Virus record (IMG/VR): IMGVR_UViG_3300020044_005823
Span: 1-31,747 of that record
DNA: 31,747 bases
Strand: one strand, 5' to 3'
DNA from: a virus
Taxonomy: Duplodnaviria > Caudoviricetes
Positions 1 to 5,966 of the stretch are shown here, piece after piece. Within the stretch, counting starts at the first letter, position 1; each line of letters begins with the position of its first letter. The notes below the pieces were generated by a model, which was not told where the DNA came from, made no database searches, and saw nothing but the letters and a program-made list of their open reading frames with translations. The position numbers and the translations under genes are program-made.

Positions 1-222
1 CTTATTGACAGCTTTATCAAACGTGAACTATGTTGGTACCCGACTATCATAGCAGTTGAGAACAATGGTGATGAAAAGGTTTATAAGGATGATGAAGGAG
101 GTATTTATGTCAGCTTGCACACGACTGAGCTAGGTGCTCAACGGGCCTTACAAGCGTTACGAGGCCTGCATTTTATTGACCGTGTACAGCATGACAAAAG
201 AATACTTTTTGGTGTTTGGTAA
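1..222 (+). CDS. hypothetical protein, 5'-truncated at window edge (LIDSFIKRELCWYP...RILFGVW)
   Basis: Frame 1 is open from base 1 to TAA at 220-222 and co-oriented with the next small genes; not in the ORF track. Confidence 0.55.
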   Translation, partial: LIDSFIKRELCWYPTIIAVENNGDEKVYKDDEGGIYVSLHTTELGAQRALQALRGLHFIDRVQHDKRILFGVW

Positions 223-238
223 TTAACGAGGGGGATAT

Positions 239-445
239 ATGAGCTATCAAAAAGAAAAAGATGCGCGAGTAGAGAAGGTGGCAAGGTTGGTCGAGGAATA
301 TCTTTGTCGGTTAGTGGCAGATGCCTCAGACGAGACATGGTGGGAGTTGTATGAAGCGGCTTATGATTTCATGGATGAAGCTTCTGTAAATCATTTCAGC
401 CCCTGCGACAGACTTTGCAAGCTTGACCGCCGTCCACCTGAATAA
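239..445 (+). CDS. hypothetical protein
   Basis: 68-aa ORF preceded by a GAGGGGG-ATAT-ATG ribosome-binding site. Confidence 0.65.
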   Translation: MSYQKEKDARVEKVARLVEEYLCRLVADASDETWWELYEAAYDFMDEASVNHFSPCDRLCKLDRRPPE

Positions 446-485
446 CCTTTTAAAACCGTCTAACAATTAGTGAGGATATAGGTAT

Positions 486-653
486 ATGAAACATCACACA
501 ATAGAGTTTCAGCGTATGATGGAGTCTAACGGTTACGAATTTTGCCGATTTGGCAAGGATGGAATCTCTGTTTATTATTTCACGTCAACTAATCAACTCA
601 TGCGGATGGACGATACTGACTGTATAACTTTCTATCTTTTTATGAAGGATTGA
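486..653 (+). CDS. small hypothetical protein (55 aa, MKHHTIEFQRMMESNGYEFC...)
   Basis: Translated by hand; GAGGATATAGGTAT precedes the ATG; shorter than any ORF in the track. Confidence 0.6.
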   Translation: MKHHTIEFQRMMESNGYEFCRFGKDGISVYYFTSTNQLMRMDDTDCITFYLFMKD

Positions 654-666
654 GGCCATGGCATTC

Positions 667-795
667 GAGGCGAAGCTTGCCTCTGACCCAGCTAATAGTT
701 AGCCTCTACAAGCCCCTTGGTTGCGTTATCATGCGTGACCTAGGGGTAACCCTACCCTCACCTATTATCTCTCAACAGCGTTCATCCTAGAGGCT
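667..795. other. structured intergenic element (nested inverted repeats) downstream of the replication initiator
   Basis: GAGGC/GCCTC hairpin at 667-683; AGCCTCTA (701-708) pairs with TAGAGGCT (788-795); inner imperfect stem at 712-747; alternative TAGGG-GTAA-CCCTA at 741-754. Confidence 0.5.
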
Positions 796-802
796 TTATA
801 AG

Positions 803-1414
803 TCAATCGGGTAGCTCATCATGGTTACACTTTGGGCTTTCAGCCTTAGACGCGAGTAATCTTTTCTTAAAATCCAGATATTCTGGATCTCTAAATTCAG
901 ATTCCAGTTCAAGATTCTTAGAAGGTTTAGAGTTACTCTTAGAGTTACTCATAGGTTCATATATTGATTTACTTATATTGGTATGAATTTGTATTGGTAT
1001 TTTTATATTGGTATCTTCTATTGGTAATACTTCTAATGGTAGCGGCTCAATTTGACCCCGATCACCCAGCTCATTTTGACCCCAGTTAGAGGTCATTTTG
1101 ACCTCATTAGTGTGCAAATTGACCCCAGTCATTGAGGTCATTTTGACCCCAGTCGTGTTGAGGTAGCGGCCTCTGCCTTTGGTTGTTTGTCGGAGGAGGT
1201 TAAGGGCAATGAGGCGACGAATGTAACGCTTGGTACTACACTCCGAGAATCTCAGTTCAGCCGCGATGTGAGGAATGGATGCGAAACAAGGACGCTTGTT
1301 TATCTCGAACCGTTGAACGTAGCTATACACGATAGCTTCGTGATGGGAGAGACCCGCATCAACTAATGCAAAGTCTACTATTCCTAGCCGATGTTTTTTG
1401 CTATTGTTTTCCAT
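803..1414 (-). CDS. replication initiator / replisome organiser, N-terminal winged HTH
   Basis: LSHHEAIVYSYV...CFASIPHIAAELRFSECSTKRYIRRLIALNLL is a typical phage initiator wHTH pattern; iteron repeats lie inside the gene, as in lambda O. Confidence 0.75.
   Translation of the reverse strand: MENNSKKHRLGIVDFALVDAGLSHHEAIVYSYVQRFEINKRPCFASIPHIAAELRFSECSTKRYIRRLIALNLLRQTTKGRGRYLNTTGVKMTSMTGVNLHTNEVKMTSNWGQNELGDRGQIEPLPLEVLPIEDTNIKIPIQIHTNISKSIYEPMSNSKSNSKPSKNLELESEFRDPEYLDFKKRLLASKAESPKCNHDELPD
927..1041. repeat. AT-rich repeat zone next to the iterons (candidate DNA-unwinding element)
   Basis: TTAGAGTTACTC twice (927-950); TATTGGTA at 976, 992, 1006 and 1019; variant TAATGGTA at 1034. Confidence 0.6.
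1045..1150. repeat. five iterons of the putative replication origin, consensus G(G/C)TCA(T/A)TTTGACC(C/T)C
   Basis: Copies start at 1045, 1069, 1091, 1112 (degenerate) and 1136; GAGGTCA-TTT-TGACCTC at 1089-1105 is a perfect inverted repeat. Confidence 0.75.
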
Positions 1415-1427
1415 GAAGTTCCTTTTT

Positions 1428-1468
1428 GGCTCACCCTTCGATTTGCGTCATTGGGGTGGGCCTTTTTT
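1428..1468 (+). terminator. intrinsic terminator-like hairpin, antisense to the initiator leader
   Basis: GGCTCACCC/GGGTGGGCC stem (a G-U pair favours the + strand) followed by TTTTTT. Confidence 0.55.
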
Positions 1469-1479
1469 GTTGTTTGTGT

Positions 1480-1508
1480 ACAGTAGCGCAACAATTACTA
1501 GCCGACAA
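1480..1508 (-). promoter_or_regulatory. sigma70-like promoter of the initiator gene
   Basis: TTGTCG-17 nt-TACTGT on the minus strand, about 65 nt upstream of the ATG at 1414. Confidence 0.5.
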
Positions 1509-1546
1509 TCGCTATTTGCTGTTATCCTAGAGACTCATATATCCCC

Positions 1547-1587
1547 ACCCCGTTCAGCGTAGTAATACCTGAGCGGGGTTTTTCTTT
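1547..1587 (+). terminator. intrinsic terminator
   Basis: ACCCCGTTCAG/CTGAGCGGGGT stem with an apical GTA-GTAA-TAC (GNRA loop), then TTTTCTTT. Confidence 0.7.
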
Positions 1588-1645
1588 GCTTATTCAACTA
1601 GTTATAATTTTCCTTCAGTTATTTTTAAAATATCCGAATATATTC

Positions 1646-1678
1646 TTGCATGACTATCATCTTACTGTGTATAGTCAT
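1646..1678 (+). promoter_or_regulatory. rightward early promoter overlapped by an inverted repeat (candidate operator)
   Basis: TTGCAT-18 nt-TATAGT; ATGACTAT (1650-1657) and ATAGTCAT (1671-1678) form an inverted repeat; AT-rich upstream region; small GGGC-AATAAA-GCCC hairpin at the predicted 5' end. Confidence 0.6.
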
Positions 1679-1715
1679 TAGAGAGGGGCAATAAAGCCCA
1701 ACGAGAAAGGGATAT

Positions 1716-2027
1716 ATGAACAAAGAATCACTAACGCACGAAATGATTAAGCTTGAGTTGTACTGCAAGAACAATGTAGGGCGAGCCTATTATGAGCCAG
1801 GGTATAAAACCCTCGGCAAGTTTCACAAAGAAGGCACCTACAATTTAGATAGGGCAATTGCATACATTGATCGTTACTGCCTTCGACCAGCGGCAAAACA
1901 ATATCTTTTAGAGTTCGGCAGCATGACTGATTCAGTGCAAGGTATATTCCCTCGGTCTGAGCGCATTAAACTTGCTGAATACATGGCGCTGGAAATGGTT
2001 GGCGAGTTTAAACTGGGTAACTACTAA
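1716..2027 (+). CDS. uncharacterised early phage protein
   Basis: GGGATAT-ATG start; first gene after the promoter; the LELY..N / G.Y....A / AAKQY..EFG pattern is recalled from other phage hypothetical proteins. Confidence 0.75.
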   Translation: MNKESLTHEMIKLELYCKNNVGRAYYEPGYKTLGKFHKEGTYNLDRAIAYIDRYCLRPAAKQYLLEFGSMTDSVQGIFPRSERIKLAEYMALEMVGEFKLGNY

Positions 2028-2036
2028 GAGACAATC

Positions 2037-2354
2037 ATGAAAGCATTATTACTAACCGCATTATTCATTCCTTCTGTTGCTATGGCTCAGGACTACGGCG
2101 ACTGGTACGGCAACGATATAGACGAGTACGCACCTCGTAACGGGCAGTTAAACGTAGGCGTTCAACCAGTGCTGCCAGTGCCTAACAACGGCGGCCCATG
2201 GAATACAGGCTACAGCGTTGTTACCACCGAACGGGAGGTTGTTGATCCATTTGCTCGGGCTCAAGGCCGAACCGGAGCGACTAAGCGAGAGACAATCCAA
2301 AAAGTCGTCCCTAACGATGCTCTCGGCAATCCGATCAAAGGTTTTGACTGGTAG
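2037..2354 (+). CDS. secreted/periplasmic protein with Sec signal peptide
   Basis: MKALLLTALFIPSVAMA|QD has a basic N-terminus, a hydrophobic core and an A-x-A cleavage site. Confidence 0.75.
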   Translation: MKALLLTALFIPSVAMAQDYGDWYGNDIDEYAPRNGQLNVGVQPVLPVPNNGGPWNTGYSVVTTEREVVDPFARAQGRTGATKRETIQKVVPNDALGNPIKGFDW

Positions 2355-2423
2355 AGACGCTACCTCCTGCACTGTGGGGGGTAGAGCCTCTGTCAATCAT
2401 GACAGGGTAACAAAGGGGAATAT

Positions 2424-2624
2424 ATGAAACTGATGATGAATATAGGGAAGCTATTGTTAGGGTGCATCTTGCTTAGTTGTTCAGCATGTACAGGGATGGA
2501 AGTCGGCGGAAAGCTATGGGTGAGCCGTGTCGATGAGCGGCAAGAGTCACAAGCGACTCACAACGTGCCACTCAAATGCTATCTGTGGTCAGACTGTGGA
2601 AAACCTGTGGATAACTCAAAGTAA
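2424..2624 (+). CDS. small putative lipoprotein
   Basis: GKLLLGCILLSCSAC lipobox-like signal; GGGGAATAT-ATG ribosome-binding site. Confidence 0.65.
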   Translation: MKLMMNIGKLLLGCILLSCSACTGMEVGGKLWVSRVDERQESQATHNVPLKCYLWSDCGKPVDNSK

Positions 2625-2635
2625 AGGGGAACATC

Positions 2636-2797
2636 ATGAAAGCTATTAAAGAATTACTTTTCACACCAACGGGTATTGCTATCACTGTTTTACACGTTGC
2701 CTTCTTCGTCGGGGTCGTTACCTGCACGATAGGAGTCAGGGTTTATGTGTTCGGCGATGACCCTACCCAAGCTGTTAAAACGGTAACACGGCGATGA
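2636..2797 (+). CDS. small membrane protein (53 aa, MKAIKELLFTPTGIAITVLHVAFFVGVVTCTIGVRVYVFGDD...)
   Basis: Translated by hand; AAGGGGAA ribosome-binding site; long hydrophobic segment; ATGA overlap with the next gene. Confidence 0.7.
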   Translation: MKAIKELLFTPTGIAITVLHVAFFVGVVTCTIGVRVYVFGDDPTQAVKTVTRR

Positions 2798-3279
2798 GTA
2801 GCGAGTCATGCGGCGGCTGGTTATGCGCCGCAACCTTTCTATTGGCTTGCTACACGGCGTTACCGGAAACGGTTGTCTATCATCAGGCCAGGCTATTAAA
2901 GCGGCCAGTAGAGCCTTCTAGGGGGCTTATAGAGGCAGAGGTAACGAGAGCGGCAAGGGCTTTTGACTTAGAACCGCGATTGCTTCATGCCCTGGTAAAG
3001 GTTGAGTCAGGTTACAAGCAGAAAGCAGAGTCGAGGGTAGGCGCGAGAGGTCTGAGCCAGGTCATGCCGGCTAATGCTAAACGCTGTGGTTTAGAGCGTG
3101 AACAATTATGGGATGCAGTCGCTAACGTAAGATGCGGCGCTCTCATACTGAGACAAGAGCTTGACAGGCTAGGCGATCTATCAGCGGCACTCACCGTTTA
3201 CAACTGTGGAAAGGTAAATTGCAAAGAGGGCAAACAATATGCAAAGAAAGTTATTGCACTATCCACACTCGTACGATAA
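2794..3279 (+). CDS. lytic transglycosylase (SLT/GH23) with N-terminal hydrophobic segment
   Basis: Motifs ALVKVES (catalytic Glu), GARGLSQVMP and ALTVYNCG. Confidence 0.9.
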   Translation: MSSESCGGWLCAATFLLACYTALPETVVYHQARLLKRPVEPSRGLIEAEVTRAARAFDLEPRLLHALVKVESGYKQKAESRVGARGLSQVMPANAKRCGLEREQLWDAVANVRCGALILRQELDRLGDLSAALTVYNCGKVNCKEGKQYAKKVIALSTLVR

Positions 3280-3290
3280 AGTGTGCACAC
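3254..3290 (+). promoter_or_regulatory. promoter of the recombination operon, with a palindrome at -10/+1
   Basis: TTGCAC-17 nt-TAAAGT; perfect palindrome GTGTGCACAC at 3281-3290. Confidence 0.55.
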
Positions 3291-3308
3291 CTTTGGGAGG
3301 AAGGATAT

Positions 3309-3548
3309 ATGAAAGTACTACAAGCACAGTGGCCAGACTACATTTTAGAGCACGAAGGAGTCGAGTTTACCGTGAAAGGTAAATTCACTCCAGATGGACG
3401 ACTCTATTTTGACCCGCATGTCGGATGGAACAATCTGTCAGCAATGACAAACAACGACACGGAAAGTTTAAACGATGCAATCGACGATTGCATATACAAC
3501 GCTACACCAGAAGTTTACGAGATATTTGAGGTAACAGATCATGACTAA
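3309..3548 (+). CDS. hypothetical protein (start reassigned to MKVLQAQW)
   Basis: GGAGGAAGGATAT-ATG at 3309; the longer start in the ORF track overlaps the SLT gene. Confidence 0.7.
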   Translation: MKVLQAQWPDYILEHEGVEFTVKGKFTPDGRLYFDPHVGWNNLSAMTNNDTESLNDAIDDCIYNATPEVYEIFEVTDHD

Positions 3549-4338
3549 TCAACTTACAATCACAAACACAAATACACCAACACTCGACATGCTGAACGCT
3601 TTACGGAACAGCGTAGCACCTGGACTCACTGATGCAGAGTTTCAACTATTCGGTGAGATAGTGCGCTCTACTGGCCTTAACCCAATTACAAAAGAAGTAT
3701 GGGCAATCAAGGCCGGTGGGCGCTTGCAGCTCATGACAGGCATCAACGGGTTTTTAAAAATTGCTAATTCGCATCCGCAGTATGACGGCATGGAGGTTGA
3801 GTACGAGTGGGATGGTAAAAACCTCCTTGCTGCAACGGCTAAAGTTTATCGAAAAGATAGACGGTTTCCGTCAGTCGCTACGGCTTACATGGCAGAGTAC
3901 AAAAAGAGCAGTCCGATATGGACTCAAATGCCGTCAGTGATGCTTGCAAAGTGCGCAAAGAGTTTAGCCATCCGTGAAGCGTTCATTCAGGAGTTAGGTG
4001 GCCTCTACACTGCTGAAGAGATGCCGTCTAACTATTCACAAGCGGTAATTGTGCCGAACGAAGGAGAGGAGTTAGTGGTCAGCAAAAAGACTGGTGAGGT
4101 ACTTGGCATCCAAAAGATTACTAGAGAAGAAGTGGAAACTGTAAAGAAACGTGCAGTCACGACTTATTACGATATCAGCACACTAGACGAATCAAAGCGA
4201 TCAGCGGCAGTAGAATATCTCGTTGGGTCTGACGCGAAAGAAGTGGAGCCCAACGTGTGGCGGTCGAGTATTCGACTAGGGAAACTTACTCAATACATTA
4301 AGGAAGGTTATGAGCCTGTTCAAACGGAAACAAATTAG
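3541..4338 (+). CDS. bet: single-strand annealing protein, Bet/RecT family
   Basis: GLNPITKEVWAIK, MTGINGFLKIANSHPQYDGM and WTQMPSVMLAKCAKSLAIREAF...GLYTAEEM are hallmark Red-beta motifs. Confidence 0.9.
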   Translation: MTNQLTITNTNTPTLDMLNALRNSVAPGLTDAEFQLFGEIVRSTGLNPITKEVWAIKAGGRLQLMTGINGFLKIANSHPQYDGMEVEYEWDGKNLLAATAKVYRKDRRFPSVATAYMAEYKKSSPIWTQMPSVMLAKCAKSLAIREAFIQELGGLYTAEEMPSNYSQAVIVPNEGEELVVSKKTGEVLGIQKITREEVETVKKRAVTTYYDISTLDESKRSAAVEYLVGSDAKEVEPNVWRSSIRLGKLTQYIKEGYEPVQTETN

Positions 4339-4367
4339 GTTAAGGGCGAGAGCCCAGTGGAGTATTT

Positions 4368-4553
4368 ATGAACAAAAAGAAAGCCGAACGAAAACCAAAG
4401 TCGAAAAAGATTCGAGACGGATTCGTCAGGTACACTCTGTACATTCGAGAAGAATATCTCAACTATTTGAAAACTTACGCAGACAACAAGCGAGTTTGGA
4501 TAACTGATGCAATCGATGACGCACTAGAGGTGTTCGTTGACAAAACTAAATAA
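4368..4553 (+). CDS. ribbon-helix-helix-like DNA-binding protein
   Basis: Basic N-terminus, then VRYTLYI strand, EEYLNYLKTYA helix and ITDAIDDALEVF helix; GGAG ribosome-binding site. Confidence 0.65.
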   Translation: MNKKKAERKPKSKKIRDGFVRYTLYIREEYLNYLKTYADNKRVWITDAIDDALEVFVDKTK

Positions 4554-4746
4554 CTTTCTTGCAGAACTAACGCGCATCATTGATTCGTTTGAGAGCGACG
4601 AACCGTTGTCTCAATTTGAATTGGGTCAATACGATGCAATGCGATGGATGAAGCAAACATTAGAGGAGGATTATGGGACAGAGGATAGGAGCCTTCAAGG
4701 CAAAAAACGCTCAGCTAATAATTTGGGAAAACAACGGTCGGCTTAG
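4537..4746 (+). CDS. hypothetical protein
   Basis: GAGGTG ribosome-binding site before a TTG start; the C-terminus overlaps the next gene. Confidence 0.55.
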   Translation: MTKLNNFLAELTRIIDSFESDEPLSQFELGQYDAMRWMKQTLEEDYGTEDRSLQGKKRSANNLGKQRSA

Positions 4747-4984
4747 TTTTGAGTTTGGCAAACATTACAAAGACAAAGCAACTGACCAGTGGAAAGAAAC
4801 TAAAACTCTCTACATCGAAGAGTTAAGAGAAGTAGGAGAAATGTTTTTAAGGGCGGCAACATGGGCAGCTAACAAGCAAGGCGCTGTGCAGCTACCTAAA
4901 AACACAGAGACGGCAAAAGTGGTTGTAGAAAACGTATTAGACAAAATGAAGGAAAGATATGAGCGGTCCAGTCAAGACAATTAG
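4673..4984 (+). CDS. PC4-like putative ssDNA-binding protein, paralog 1
   Basis: QLIIWENN...SFEFGKHYKDKATDQWKETK...EEL; aligns with the next gene. Confidence 0.6.
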   Translation: MGQRIGAFKAKNAQLIIWENNGRLSFEFGKHYKDKATDQWKETKTLYIEELREVGEMFLRAATWAANKQGAVQLPKNTETAKVVVENVLDKMKERYERSSQDN

Positions 4985-5249
4985 AGACAAAGGTTTGCAG
5001 ATTGCAGTTTGGGAAAGTAACAACGGCGGTTACAGTTTTAGCATTAGCAAAACCTACAAATGCAAGAAAACAGATCAGTGGAAAGATTCAAAATACTATT
5101 ACAAAGAGGATCTACAGAAACTCGGTGAGATGATTGAGCTTGCTATCGGGTATGCCAGTGACAGAGCAACGCATGAAGCTGAAGCAATAGCATCGCCAAA
5201 ACAAGAACCTAAGTTTACACCATTTGAAGATGACGACCTGCCCTTCTGA
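4959..5249 (+). CDS. PC4-like putative ssDNA-binding protein, paralog 2, with SSB-type acidic tail
   Basis: QIAVWESNN...SFSISKTYKCKKTDQWKDSK...EDL; C-terminus FEDDDLPF. Confidence 0.7.
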   Translation: MSGPVKTIRDKGLQIAVWESNNGGYSFSISKTYKCKKTDQWKDSKYYYKEDLQKLGEMIELAIGYASDRATHEAEAIASPKQEPKFTPFEDDDLPF

Positions 5250-5258
5250 TGAGGATAT

Positions 5259-5585
5259 ATGAGCAAAACAATAGAGGAATTAGCAAAAGAGTACGTTATT
5301 GAGAAGTATTTCAAGTATGTCAAGCGTCAGGAAGATGACAATTATGAACTGCTGGTAGAGGATTTTATCGCTGGTTACCAGGCCGCTGCGCCTCAGTGGA
5401 TCTCGGTGAAGGATAGGTTGCCGGAGTGGGATGACGAAGCGATGTCTGTACTTATAAGTGGCAATAGCTGGCATGATTACGATGTTGCTTATTTTGGACC
5501 AACAACATGGCATGACAAATATGATGATGTCGTAAAAGGCGTTACCCACTGGATGCCGCTACCTAAACCACCGGAGGAGAAATGA
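5259..5585 (+). CDS. DUF551-domain protein
   Basis: QWISVKDRLPE ... VTHWMPLPKPPE signature. Confidence 0.85.
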   Translation: MSKTIEELAKEYVIEKYFKYVKRQEDDNYELLVEDFIAGYQAAAPQWISVKDRLPEWDDEAMSVLISGNSWHDYDVAYFGPTTWHDKYDDVVKGVTHWMPLPKPPEEK

Positions 5586-5965
5586 GTGACATTTTAAACT
5601 CTGTTACAAATGTTTTTGATTGGGATGAATGGGAACGACGCATTCAAAAACAACTGGATGATGTTTCAACCAAATACATGATGGAACTAGGGTTTTTTAG
5701 TTATAAATCTGATGAGCAATATGAACAAATAAGAGATGCCTTTTTAGTTGGCTACAAACGTGGCCAGGAAAACTATTTAGACAATGAAATGAATTGGGTT
5801 GACGAACAAAAACAGATAATTCGGAATGAAAACGATAAAATTACTCGTCGCCTAGGTGGCCTTCATGGTCAAATTTCTCGGCTTGAAAAAGTTAAAAAAG
5901 AAATTTTAGAGTTAAAAAAAGCACTAAAACAATCATTTACGATTACTCAAGTTTTTGACAAGTAA
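5582..5965 (+). CDS. hypothetical protein with coiled-coil C-terminus
   Basis: GGAG ribosome-binding site and ATGA overlap with the previous gene; AT-rich. Confidence 0.65.
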   Translation: MSDILNSVTNVFDWDEWERRIQKQLDDVSTKYMMELGFFSYKSDEQYEQIRDAFLVGYKRGQENYLDNEMNWVDEQKQIIRNENDKITRRLGGLHGQISRLEKVKKEILELKKALKQSFTITQVFDK

Positions 5966-5966
5966 C

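Noticed and set aside
654-802. tRNA in the structured intergenic gap
   Set aside because: No T-loop GTTCRA in a cloverleaf context and no acceptor stem.
927-1150. Repeats as a mini-CRISPR array
   Set aside because: Units are 8-17 bp with spacers under 10 bp, lie inside a CDS, and no cas genes are present; iterons fit better.
3219-3308. N-terminal extension of the 3219-3548 ORF
   Set aside because: It overlaps the SLT gene and the predicted promoter; a strong RBS supports the start at 3309.
4310-4507. 65-aa ORF with an AAGGAAGG upstream sequence
   Set aside because: It overlaps both bet and the RHH-like ORF, which has its own RBS and a recognisable fold pattern; likely a shadow frame, though not excluded.
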